Origin: an uncultured Candidatus Binatia bacterium
Lineage (GTDB): Bacteria > Desulfobacterota > Binatia > UBA9968 > JAJDTQ01
DNA: 64,000 nucleotides
NCBI GenBank assembly: GCA_965219905.1
Contig: CBDCOS010000002.1
Coordinates: forward strand, 2,287,318 to 2,351,317
Direction: 5' to 3'
Made by a program: the position numbers and the translations under genes. A model generated the notes under the pieces. The model searched no databases. It was given only the letters and a program-made list of their open reading frames with translations, and was not told where the DNA came from. Shown one piece after another: positions 35,769 through 44,943 of this stretch (position 1 is the first letter of the stretch; each line of letters begins with the position of its first letter).

Positions 35769-37283
35769 ATGAAGCGGGCCGTGCTGGGGTTGTCGATTAT
35801 CGTCTTGCTGGCGGTGGTGACCGTCTACTGGCTTACGTTCATCCGGGTCACCAACGGCGGGCTGGCCTTCGAGAACGAGTTGCTGATCCCCGAGCAGCTA
35901 TTCGGAACCGTCGTGGACGGACGCCGGCAGTTTCACTTGACCGTTGACGAGGGTAGCCGGGAGTTCCTGCCGGGCAAGCAAACGCCCACGGCCGGCGTCA
36001 ACGGCCCGTATCTGGGGCCGACGGTGCGGTTGCGGCAAGGCGAAGACGTCGATCTGATCGTCCGGAACGACATGGACGAGATGACGACCATGCACTGGCA
36101 CGGGGCGCACGTTCCCGCCCGCATGGACGGCACGCCGCATCAGAAGATCCAGCCTGGGGGAACGTGGACGGCCAGCTTCGGGGTCCATCAACAGGCCGCT
36201 CCGCTGTGGTACCACCCGCATCCGCACGGCACCACGGGGCGGCACTCCTATCGGGGAATCGCCGGATTCATGTGGATCGACGACGACAACAGCGAGGAGC
36301 TGGACCTGCCGAAGACCTACGGCGTCGACGACATTCCGCTGGTGATCCAGGACCGGCTGTTCGACGACAACGGCGCGTTTGTCTTCGCCATCAACCAGGG
36401 CGCCGTCTACGGCGACACCATGCTGATCAACGGGACCTGGAGTCCCTTCCTCCAGGTCGAGTCGCGGCGCATTCGACTGAGACTGTTGAACGGCTCGAAC
36501 GCGCGGATCTACTACATCGGCTTCGATGACAACCGCGAGTTTCATCAGATCGCCACGGACGGCGGATTCCTCGAGACACCCCTCCGGACCAACCGCGTGA
36601 CCCTCGCTCCCGGCGAGCGGGCCGAGATCCTGGTGGACTTCAGCGACGGCGCCGAGGTGGTGTTGAAGAGCTTTCCCGAAGCCGGATTTCTGGACACCAT
36701 CGGGTCGTTTTTCGTGGGGCTCGGCAACGGGCACCTGGAGTTGTTGAAGATCGTTCCCCAGCCGGCGAAACGCGCATCTCACGCACTGCCGGAGCGCCTC
36801 AACACCATCTCCCGCATCAAGGCCTCGGACACCGCCAAGACCCGTCCGATGGTGTTGGGAGGGCTTTTGCGGGACGGAACGCCGGCCGGACCCGGCAGGG
36901 GGCCGCCGATCAATGGCAAACTGATGGAGATGGGGAGAATCGACGAGGTCGTACGATTGGGAGACACCGAGATCTGGGAAGTGAGCAATCCCGGCGGTCA
37001 GGCTCACCCTTTCCACATCCACCTGGTCCAGTTCCAGATTCTCGACCGCAACGGCCAACCGCCCGCCGGCGCCGAGCTCGGCTGGAAAGACACGGTCCTG
37101 GTGCCTGCCGGCGATACCGTCCGCATCATCATGCCCTTCGAGCGATATGCCGATCCCCAGGTCCCATACATGTACCACTGCCACATCATGGAACATGAAG
37201 ATGCCGGAATGATGGGACAGTTCCTGGTGGTGGAAGACCCGGAGAAACTCGGCAACGTTACGAGAAATTTGCAGCACAAATAA
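35769..37283 (+). CDS. Multicopper oxidase (CueO/laccase-like)
   Basis: HWHG, WYHPH, HPFHIH, HCHIMEHEDAGMM copper motifs; N-terminal hydrophobic anchor. Confidence 0.95.
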   Translation: MKRAVLGLSIIVLLAVVTVYWLTFIRVTNGGLAFENELLIPEQLFGTVVDGRRQFHLTVDEGSREFLPGKQTPTAGVNGPYLGPTVRLRQGEDVDLIVRNDMDEMTTMHWHGAHVPARMDGTPHQKIQPGGTWTASFGVHQQAAPLWYHPHPHGTTGRHSYRGIAGFMWIDDDNSEELDLPKTYGVDDIPLVIQDRLFDDNGAFVFAINQGAVYGDTMLINGTWSPFLQVESRRIRLRLLNGSNARIYYIGFDDNREFHQIATDGGFLETPLRTNRVTLAPGERAEILVDFSDGAEVVLKSFPEAGFLDTIGSFFVGLGNGHLELLKIVPQPAKRASHALPERLNTISRIKASDTAKTRPMVLGGLLRDGTPAGPGRGPPINGKLMEMGRIDEVVRLGDTEIWEVSNPGGQAHPFHIHLVQFQILDRNGQPPAGAELGWKDTVLVPAGDTVRIIMPFERYADPQVPYMYHCHIMEHEDAGMMGQFLVVEDPEKLGNVTRNLQHK

Positions 37284-37325
37284 TGAGGCTCCCGGGGGCT
37301 CTCCCACCGCATCGACTCGCCGGTA

Positions 37326-37354
37326 TGGACAAATTTTACTTATAACCCCATAAT
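37326..37354 (+). promoter_or_regulatory. Sigma70-type promoter predicting a leaderless transcript
   Basis: TGGACA-N17-CATAAT, with ATG 37361 6 nt after the -10 box and no RBS. Confidence 0.6.
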
Positions 37355-37360
37355 ATCCAG

Positions 37361-38572
37361 ATGCAGTATCCTCGGATGCTCGCTGATCGGCTCCTACGGC
37401 TCGCGGCACACTTTCCGGCGGTGGTGGTCACCGGCGCGCGGCAGGCAGGCAAGACGACCCTGATGTGCGCCACCTTCCCGGACCACCACTACGTTTCCCT
37501 GGACCTGCCCACAACGGCCGATCAGGCAGAACGCAACCCGGACCTGTTCCTGCACCACCATCCGGCGCCGGTGCTCATCGACGAGGTGCAGTACGCGCCC
37601 GGCCTGTTTCGGCACCTCAAGGCGGCCATCGATGAGCGTCGCCATGACATGGGCCGCTACATCCTCACCGGGAGCCAGAACTTCACGCTGATGAAGGGGA
37701 TCTCCGACAGTCTTGCCGGCCGCTGCGGGATCGTGGAGTTGGAAAACCTGGCGTTGCACGAGATCAACGCCGTCACCCCTCCCGGTGACGACGCGGCCGG
37801 CCTCGCCGGAGTGATGGCCCGGGGCCTGTTCCCGGAGTTGTGGCGCGTGCCGGAACTGCGGGCGGCGGATTTCTTCGCTTCGTATCTGGCCACTTACCTC
37901 GAACGCGACGTGCGCCAGATCCTCAACGTGGCGAGTCTCCGGGATTTCGAGCGCTTTGTCCGCGTCCTGGCGGCGCGGTCGGCAGCCATGCTCAACAAGA
38001 GCGACGTCGCGCGGGACACCGGAGTGGCGGTGAAGACCATAGGCGAGTGGGTGAGGGTGCTCCAGGCGTCCGGCCAGATCGTCCTGCTGGAACCTTGGCA
38101 CGTGAGCTTCGGCAAACGCGTGGTGAAGACGCCGAAGGTCTACTTTCGTGACAGCGGCCTGCTCTGCTTCCTGTTGGGGCTCGACGCCTCCACGCTGCTC
38201 ACGTCGCCGGCCCTGGGCGCCGTGTGGGAGACGTTCGTGTTCGCGGAAATGCGCAAGCTGAACGAGGCCGAGTCCGCCCCCGTCAACTTCTGGTACTATC
38301 GCGACCAGCGCGGCCAGGAGGTGGACTTCGTGCGCGACGCCGGCGGCGTGCTCAGCTTCATGGAGTGCAAGTGGAGCGAGCGGCCCACCCTGCGCGACGC
38401 CCGCGGCCTGCTCCGGGTGAGCGCCGGGCTGGCCGCGTCGAACAGCCCCTGGCGCCCCGGCCCGCACTACGTCATCGGCCGGCCCGTGTCCAGCCATTCC
38501 CTCGGTGAAGGCGTGGCGGCGGTGGCGCTGCGTGACCTCCCCGCCATCGTTTCCGGGAATCTGCCGGTTTGA
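37361..38572 (+). CDS. AAA_14 ATPase with DUF4143 domain
   Basis: TGARQAGKTT, IDEVQ, LTGSQ, SLAGR, YLERDV, KTPKVYFRDSG, EVDF..ECK. Confidence 0.9.
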   Translation: MQYPRMLADRLLRLAAHFPAVVVTGARQAGKTTLMCATFPDHHYVSLDLPTTADQAERNPDLFLHHHPAPVLIDEVQYAPGLFRHLKAAIDERRHDMGRYILTGSQNFTLMKGISDSLAGRCGIVELENLALHEINAVTPPGDDAAGLAGVMARGLFPELWRVPELRAADFFASYLATYLERDVRQILNVASLRDFERFVRVLAARSAAMLNKSDVARDTGVAVKTIGEWVRVLQASGQIVLLEPWHVSFGKRVVKTPKVYFRDSGLLCFLLGLDASTLLTSPALGAVWETFVFAEMRKLNEAESAPVNFWYYRDQRGQEVDFVRDAGGVLSFMECKWSERPTLRDARGLLRVSAGLAASNSPWRPGPHYVIGRPVSSHSLGEGVAAVALRDLPAIVSGNLPV

Positions 38573-38640
38573 CCGGTCGTGCCGGACATCGTTGCCTCTC
38601 CGTGCCCAAAGACGTAGTAAATGGCACAGCTTGGGACATC

Positions 38641-38733
38641 GGCGTCCTTCGACTTCGCTTCGCTACGCTCAGGACGAACGAGTATATGGGCCATTGTCCG
38701 TTCGTCCTGAGCGTAGCGAAGTCGAAGGACGCC
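38641..38733. repeat. Long intergenic inverted repeat (CCTTCGACTTCGCT..CAGGA REP-like family)
   Basis: ggcgtccttcgacttcgcttcgctacgctcaggacgaacg ... cgttcgtcctgagcgtagcgaagtcgaaggacgcc. Confidence 0.85.
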
Positions 38734-38794
38734 ATCTGACTACAGTGAGCGTCGACGTCAGGCGAGATAAAGCCGCCAACGAGGAGAAACACAC

Positions 38795-39775
38795 ATGGAA
38801 TACCGCCAATTCGGCACCACCGACTGCAAGGTGTCGCCCATGGGGCTCGGCTGCCTGAGCATGTCCGGGATGTATGGAGCCGGTGACGACGACGAGTCCA
38901 TCGCCACCCTGCACCGGGCCTTCGATCTGGGCATCAATTTCCTCGACACCTCGGCCAGCTACGGCAACGGCCACAACCACGAGCTCATCGGCAAGGCCAT
39001 CAAGGGCCGGCGTGACCAGGTGGTGATCCACTCCAAGTCCGGCAGCCCGCGGGCCGCCGATGGCACAGGGCTCGACGGCGGCAGTTCGCCAGAGTACCTG
39101 GTCCAGACCTGCGAGGAGAGCCTCCAGCGGCTCGGCATCGACTGCCTGGACATGTACTGCATGTCCCGCATCGACCCCGCCGTCCCCGTGGATGAGTCGG
39201 TGGGCGGAATGGCGCGCCTCGTGGAGCAGGGCAAGACCCGCTACATCGGTCTATCCGAGGCCAGCGCCGACTCCATCCGCCGGGCGCAAAAGGTCCACCC
39301 CATCGTCTCGCTCCAGATCGAGTACTCGCTCTGGTCCCGGGACGCCGAGCAGGGCAACATCGAAGCCTGCCGCGAGTTCGGCATGGGGCTCATGGCCTAC
39401 TCGCCCCTGGGCCGGGGCTTCTTCGCCGGCGCCGTCCGCAGCCTCGACCAGCTTTCCGAACGCGACGGCCGCCGCAACCAGCCCCGCCTCCAACCCGGCA
39501 ACATCGAGCGCAACCTAGAGCTATTGGCCCAGGTGGACGAGGTCGCCAGAGACAAGGGCATCACCACCACCCAACTCGCCCTTGCCTGGCTCATGGCGCA
39601 GGGCCCGGACATCATCCCCATTCCCAGCAGCAAGAGCCGCGCCCACCTGGAGGAAAACGTCAAGGCCGTCGAGGTGGAGTTGACGGACGAGGACCTGCGC
39701 CGGCTCGACGCCATCCTCCCCTACGGCGCCGCCGCCGGGGATCGCACGCGGGACATGAAGCGGGTGAACGCCTAG
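38795..39775 (+). CDS. Aldo/keto reductase
   Basis: GLGCLSMS, LDTSASYG, IGLSE, QIEYSL, AYSPLGRG. Confidence 0.93.
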   Translation: MEYRQFGTTDCKVSPMGLGCLSMSGMYGAGDDDESIATLHRAFDLGINFLDTSASYGNGHNHELIGKAIKGRRDQVVIHSKSGSPRAADGTGLDGGSSPEYLVQTCEESLQRLGIDCLDMYCMSRIDPAVPVDESVGGMARLVEQGKTRYIGLSEASADSIRRAQKVHPIVSLQIEYSLWSRDAEQGNIEACREFGMGLMAYSPLGRGFFAGAVRSLDQLSERDGRRNQPRLQPGNIERNLELLAQVDEVARDKGITTTQLALAWLMAQGPDIIPIPSSKSRAHLEENVKAVEVELTDEDLRRLDAILPYGAAAGDRTRDMKRVNA

Positions 39776-40566
39776 TGTCGCTTCAGACAATCCCGAAGAA
39801 CGCCGGCCACCATTTCCGCCTGTTTACCGCGCAGCATTGCGTCGTGGCTGCCCGGTATCCAGTGAACATCGAGGCCACCCCGAGCGACCTTGTGCCAGGA
39901 ATTGCCAATGCAGGTGAGGTTGACCCAATCTATCCACGACTTGCGGGGCCGGATGCAGGTAATGGCGCCGGGATAGGGCGCGACTTCATAAGTTCCGAGA
40001 AGCGCCACATGGGTCGCAATGCCCTCGTCCGATACCAGGCGCAGGGCCCGGAAGTTCCAACGACGAATCATTTTCAACCGGATCATGTCGCTCCAGCGGT
40101 TCAGGTTGCAGAGTTTGTAGAGGCTTCCATGGAACAGCCTGAACCAAAGGGGGGCGTGTAGAGGCGGGTCTAGGACGACCAGAAGGGCGATCTCGTCTCC
40201 CCTGCGAATCAACTCCCGCGCCGTTTCAACCGCGAGCGTGCCGCCGCAACTATAACCCGACAAATGGTAGGGCCCAGCCGGCTGCACCCGCTTGATCTCT
40301 TCGACATACATGGAGATAAGCCAGTCGAGCGTTTTGCGGCGCAGTCCCTCGATGTGTTCGGGTTCCGGAGGGCGTATCGCCCAGACAGGTTGGCGGCCGT
40401 CAAGCAGCCCCGCTGTCTTCCGGAAGAAACCCAGATCGCCGTGACCGGCCGGTATGAAGAACAGCGGCGGTTGGCCGGGGGCCTCCCGCAAGCGGACCAG
40501 CATGCGGCTGTCAACGCTGCGCCGTGATTTGAGCCTATGTGTGGGCGAGTTCCTGTTGCTATCCAT
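39772..40566 (-). CDS. Stand-alone thioesterase (PKS/NRPS TE-like alpha/beta hydrolase)
   Basis: PPLFFIP, QPAGPYHLSGYSCGG, VVLD, IPGSH; ATG 40566 overlaps the patatin stop. Confidence 0.8.
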   Translation of the reverse strand: MDSNRNSPTHRLKSRRSVDSRMLVRLREAPGQPPLFFIPAGHGDLGFFRKTAGLLDGRQPVWAIRPPEPEHIEGLRRKTLDWLISMYVEEIKRVQPAGPYHLSGYSCGGTLAVETARELIRRGDEIALLVVLDPPLHAPLWFRLFHGSLYKLCNLNRWSDMIRLKMIRRWNFRALRLVSDEGIATHVALLGTYEVAPYPGAITCIRPRKSWIDWVNLTCIGNSWHKVARGGLDVHWIPGSHDAMLRGKQAEMVAGVLRDCLKRH

Positions 40567-42838
40567 CGCTGGTCCAGGCGCCGATCGTGTCCACCCCGTA
40601 GCGGTAACCGATCTCGACGGCCTCGTCGGCCACGCTGAAATCCAGGATTTCGAACTGTTCGACCGGTGGTCTGAGATACAGGTCGGCGAGATCGCCTCCG
40701 AGCAGTTGCTGCCGGTTGTAGATGCTTCCAAGCGCGCCTGCCCGTTGAAGCACGGAGACGATGCCCGGCATTTCGATTCGCCGGGTCCACGGGTTGATCC
40801 GGTTCAAAGCGATCCGCCAGCCGGACGGACTCTCCAGTCCGGTGGCCTGAATGTCCATATCCACCGGCGGCACCACGTCCACGGCGATCAGTACGCCGGT
40901 TCGAATCTCATCGCGCATCAGGTCCGCCGGCAGGTTGTTCAGCAGGCAGCCGTCATAGAGCAGGTCGCCCTCGGACACGACCGGGGGAACGATACCCGGA
41001 AGACTGCCGCTGGCCCGTACCGCCCGCCACAGCGGCCCGGTGCGATGCACCACTGTGTCCGCGCGGGTGAGGTTGCTGGAGAGACAAAAGTAGGGAATCC
41101 GCAAGTCTTCGATGTTCGTCTCGCCGAACAGGGCCCGCATGCAGCGGTCGAACCGGCGGCCCCGGGCCAGTGAAACGAAAGGAAAGGTGTAATCGTTAAG
41201 CATCCCGCCGATCCGTGCCTTGAGCAAGTCAACAGTCGTATCCACGTCTTCGGAGAGAGCGTATCCGCCGGCGATGATGGCGCCCATGCTGACCCCGGCG
41301 ATGACGTCCACGGAGATCCCCGCTTCCTCAATGGCTCGCAGGATACCGGCGTGGGCGAACCCGCGAGCGCCGCCGCCGCTCAGGACAAGGCCGACCTCCT
41401 GCTGCAACACGTACCGGGCGACGCGGTCGAGGTCGTTCCGATTCTCCGTGCGTATATGAAAGTGCCGCTGGACATGGCGCCCCCGTAACCAGCGTATCGT
41501 GCCTTGAGGTCTGAGTGTTTCGGAGGGATGGAGGAGGACGAGGGTCTTCCGTAGCTTCACACGTCGCGACGCTTCCTGGCGAAGCGCTTCCGTTTCCACC
41601 TCCGTCAGATTCGGTGCGGCGGTGGCCACGCCGAGCGATAGGACCTCATCCGCCTGCCGGATGCCGCGCCGGGTCCAATGGGTCAGACGGGAATCGGCGA
41701 CATAGATCACGTATCGAAAGCGCGCTTCCTGCTGGTCGAGCCACGCGCGAAGACGGAGGCCTTCGGGGCTGCCTTCCGCCGCTTGCGCGATGCCGGCCAG
41801 CCCCAGAAGTGCGTCCGTCCGGGTGCTGGAGACGAGCAGGCAGGTCGCGTGTCGGGACAGCGATTCGGCCAGACACCGGCCGAAGTCCTCCACGGGAGCG
41901 CCGTCGCCCACTGGAACGAGAAGAATGTTGGTGCTCGTATGTTCCGAGCGGGTATTGTGTATGACGCCGTGCAGCCGCGCCGACAAACGTCTTGCCAGCC
42001 ATCCGTTCAGGTTCGGATACCGCTCCGCCAGCGCATGAAAGTGTTCGCGGGAAAACTCGAGCAACACCGAATCGCGAACGGCTACCACGGTCGTCGCCGG
42101 CGTTTCATCGGTGAAGATGTGTGCTTCGCCGACCGATTCCCCTGGGGTGATCTGGTCAACGGCCCTTTCTCCCCGCGCGTGGTTCGAAGCCATAATTTGG
42201 AGGCGTCCGCTCACCACCACGAACAGTGCGTTGGATGCCTTGCCAGGACGCAACAGTGCATCCCCGCGAGCAACTCGCCGCCAGGTCAGGCATCGCTCGA
42301 TGTCGGCCAGTGAGTCCTCGGTCAGGTCGCCGAACATGTTCTGCAGCGTCTCGATCATCTCCACGCGATAGAACCGAGGCGTCAGAACTCGCCGCAGCTC
42401 TACCGCCACATCGGGGCGCGCCGCGAGGTAACGGTCGAGCCGGTCCTTCGCCAACTTGACAAGGCGCGCGGTCGCGATACACCGGACTGCCACCCCGCCG
42501 TGGCTGTCGGTCAAGGTCCTCATCTCGCTGATGGCATCACCCGGGAGGAGGATGGCGGTGTGTGTCTGCTCGTCAGTGGGGCTGTCCTGCTCTACCGAGG
42601 CGGGAACTACTGCAAGGCGGCCGGAAGCCACGAAGTAGAGCGCGTCGCCGCGTTCCCCGTGGAGCTGCAGAACCTCACCCTCGTCGAGGGTGAGCCATTC
42701 AAGCTCCGGGCTCAAACCGTCCAGGCTGTAACGGCGAACGGTGCGCAACAGCGGACTGTCCGCAACCACCCGCACCGGATCCGGGGCGGGTTGGTGGACG
42801 GTCGTTGCGGGGTCGCCGCGAGGGAATTCGTTCGTCAT
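40559..42838 (-). CDS. Cyclic-nucleotide-binding (x2) patatin-like phospholipase (NTE-like)
   Basis: Two cNMP domains (LYFVASGRL, LFVVVSGRL..GE); GGGARGFAH, GVSMG, DGC patatin motifs. Confidence 0.9.
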   Translation of the reverse strand: MTNEFPRGDPATTVHQPAPDPVRVVADSPLLRTVRRYSLDGLSPELEWLTLDEGEVLQLHGERGDALYFVASGRLAVVPASVEQDSPTDEQTHTAILLPGDAISEMRTLTDSHGGVAVRCIATARLVKLAKDRLDRYLAARPDVAVELRRVLTPRFYRVEMIETLQNMFGDLTEDSLADIERCLTWRRVARGDALLRPGKASNALFVVVSGRLQIMASNHARGERAVDQITPGESVGEAHIFTDETPATTVVAVRDSVLLEFSREHFHALAERYPNLNGWLARRLSARLHGVIHNTRSEHTSTNILLVPVGDGAPVEDFGRCLAESLSRHATCLLVSSTRTDALLGLAGIAQAAEGSPEGLRLRAWLDQQEARFRYVIYVADSRLTHWTRRGIRQADEVLSLGVATAAPNLTEVETEALRQEASRRVKLRKTLVLLHPSETLRPQGTIRWLRGRHVQRHFHIRTENRNDLDRVARYVLQQEVGLVLSGGGARGFAHAGILRAIEEAGISVDVIAGVSMGAIIAGGYALSEDVDTTVDLLKARIGGMLNDYTFPFVSLARGRRFDRCMRALFGETNIEDLRIPYFCLSSNLTRADTVVHRTGPLWRAVRASGSLPGIVPPVVSEGDLLYDGCLLNNLPADLMRDEIRTGVLIAVDVVPPVDMDIQATGLESPSGWRIALNRINPWTRRIEMPGIVSVLQRAGALGSIYNRQQLLGGDLADLYLRPPVEQFEILDFSVADEAVEIGYRYGVDTIGAWTSDG

Positions 42839-42923
42839 GGAGTCCGTCTACCTACCGTCGCCTCGTCCGGATGTAACTCCAAGATAAAGGCGAGAGAAGT
42901 GAAACCGGGACGGCGGCGATCCC

Positions 42924-43607
42924 TCAGGCGAGAGGATGTGCCATCGCCTGTGCGTGCGTGCGTTCGATCTCGGCGACGGCGCCGGCGATATCCCTGCCGA
43001 TGCGGTCCATCTTGCGGAGTTGATCGAGCCGGGAGACGGTCGGTTCCAGTTCCTCCGCCATGAAGAGGAACCTAAGGATATCGCATGCGGCGATCAGGCA
43101 AATGAGGGCCACGTCTCTGGGATGGGGAATATTGTTGGAGAACAGTACCTCCGTCAAACGCCTCTTGACCGCGTGTTTGGCCGTAGAGTCGACCGCGAAA
43201 TACCGTGGAGATCGGAAAATCCACAGATGCTGGATGCTTTCTTGCAACAGATTGCTTCTCTCTCGTCTCAGAATGCCTCGTCCCACCAGGTTGGCCAGGG
43301 TCTGCTCCTGGATCGTCGCCGGTGATTCCTCGGAAAGCGTCTCGATCCAGTCCCTGACATCCCGTGCTTCTCCGTCGTGCGCAATCCTTTCCAGCGTCTG
43401 GTCCAGCGACGGATTACCGGTCGGTGCACGATTGATGACCGTCACCGGTCCCTGCCGCGCGTCCGTGTCGATCCGGTCGGCAAATGCCAATTCCATCATG
43501 ACCGATCCCGTCAGGGCCAGTTCCAGGGTACTCTTTCCAACGGGCAGGAAGACGCCTTCACTGTCGTCGAGCAGAAGCAGCAGGACCTCTTCCGAGAAAA
43601 TCAGCAT
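42924..43607 (-). CDS. GOLPH3/Vps74 (GPP34) family protein
   Basis: EEVLLLLLDD, LTGSVMMELAFADRID, LVGRGIL, PRDVALICL pattern. Confidence 0.8.
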   Translation of the reverse strand: MLIFSEEVLLLLLDDSEGVFLPVGKSTLELALTGSVMMELAFADRIDTDARQGPVTVINRAPTGNPSLDQTLERIAHDGEARDVRDWIETLSEESPATIQEQTLANLVGRGILRRERSNLLQESIQHLWIFRSPRYFAVDSTAKHAVKRRLTEVLFSNNIPHPRDVALICLIAACDILRFLFMAEELEPTVSRLDQLRKMDRIGRDIAGAVAEIERTHAQAMAHPLA

Positions 43608-43649
43608 CAACCTCGTCCAAAAGGATCGCATCCGAGCCTCGACAGTTGC

Positions 43650-43690
43650 GGCAGGGATAATGGGTTCGAGTCGAACCCATTATCCCTGCC
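43650..43690. repeat. Perfect 41-bp palindrome (20-bp arms, 1-nt spacer)
   Basis: ggcagggataatgggttcga-g-tcgaacccattatccctgcc. Confidence 0.95.
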
Positions 43691-43908
43691 CCGGGGCTGG
43701 AAACGGTATCGTGTTTCTCCGAGAATCCGGTAGCCGCACGCAGTAGCGGAATAACGTCAGCCGAGCAACAAATAGCAGAGTGATTGTGAGACTATTATGT
43801 GCCGTCTCGTAGATTGCGTGGTGTTCTCGTGTCGTGCCGCACCCAGAACCCGGTGCACCAAGTCCGGCACCGCTACCGGAGACGATCCGCTTCCGGGTCT
43901 TCCGCGGC

Positions 43909-44694
43909 TTAGGACATCAACCGCCCGCCAGACACGTTCAACGCTTCGCCCGTGGTGTGAGACGAGTCGCTGGAAGCGAGGAAGAGGGCAGCGTTGGCCA
44001 CCTCTTCGTGCAGCGCATGCTTCCGTAGCGGAGTCTGCTTCAGGACGCTCTCCCACAACTCCTCGAAGGAGACTCCGAGGCCTTCCGCGCGGTCCCGGTA
44101 CATCTCGCGGAGATCGGCCTCGTCCATGCCGCCCGGGCAGATGACGTTGGCGCGCACGCCCGAGGGACCGGCCTCCTTGGCGATGGTCTGGGTGAGGCCC
44201 AGGAGGCCCCACTTGGCGGCGCACAGGGAGCCGCGCAGCGCCATGCCTTCGCGTCCGGCGGTGCCGGAGATGCTGACGATGCTGCCCCGTTTCTGCTCGA
44301 TCATGACCTTGAGCGCGGCCTTGCAGCAGAGGAAGATGGCCTTGAGGTTAACGTTGAGGACCTGGTCCCATTCCTCCTCGGTGATTTCGTGCACCTCCAC
44401 CATGGGGCCGCGGAATCCGACGGAGTTGACCAGGATGTCCAGTTGGCCCCAGCGCACCACGACGTCCGCGACCATCCGCTCCACCTCCGCCAGGTCGGTG
44501 GCGTCGGCCGTCATGGCCACGGCCTCGCCGCCCTTCTCCTGGATGGCTTGAACGACGCCGTCCAATTCGGTCTTCGTCCTTTCCAGGTCCACGAGGGCGA
44601 TCTTCGCGCCCTCGCCGGCGAAGGTGTAGGCGATGGCCTCGCCGATTCCACGGGCGCCGCCGACGATGACTGCTACCTGATTTGCAAGTTTCAT
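43909..44694 (-). CDS. Short-chain dehydrogenase/reductase
   Basis: GGARGIG, DILVNS, LCAAK (YxxxK Tyr replaced by Leu), NVICPG. Confidence 0.88.
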   Translation of the reverse strand: MKLANQVAVIVGGARGIGEAIAYTFAGEGAKIALVDLERTKTELDGVVQAIQEKGGEAVAMTADATDLAEVERMVADVVVRWGQLDILVNSVGFRGPMVEVHEITEEEWDQVLNVNLKAIFLCCKAALKVMIEQKRGSIVSISGTAGREGMALRGSLCAAKWGLLGLTQTIAKEAGPSGVRANVICPGGMDEADLREMYRDRAEGLGVSFEELWESVLKQTPLRKHALHEEVANAALFLASSDSSHTTGEALNVSGGRLMS

Positions 44695-44761
44695 GCGATT
44701 CCTCCCGAATGGCTTTGTTCGCCGCACCACAGCGCCAGTGCGGAGACGACCCGACGACGCC

Positions 44762-44875
44762 CCACACCCGTCATTCCCGCGAAAGCGGGAATCCAGGTGG
44801 GGTGGAGCGGGGTGCGCGACCGCCACACCCTGCCCCGCCCCTGGATTCCCGCTTTCGCGGGAATGACGGGTGTGG
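44762..44875. repeat. Inverted dRS3-like REP pair
   Basis: ccacacccgtcattcccgcgaaagcgggaatccagg and its exact reverse complement at 44840-44875. Confidence 0.9.
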
Positions 44876-44943
44876 AGGTCTGCGGCGCTTCGCGCCCGAT
44901 ACGGCTTCGAGGCGACGAACGTACCACCCCTGTCCCGACGCCA

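Noticed and set aside
43662-43677. GGTTCGAGTC resembling a tRNA T-loop
   Set aside because: No cloverleaf; it is the centre of the 41-bp palindrome.
43655-43685. Fur box in the palindrome (GATAATG/CATTATC)
   Set aside because: The half-sites are 15 nt apart, which does not fit the 19-bp Fur consensus.
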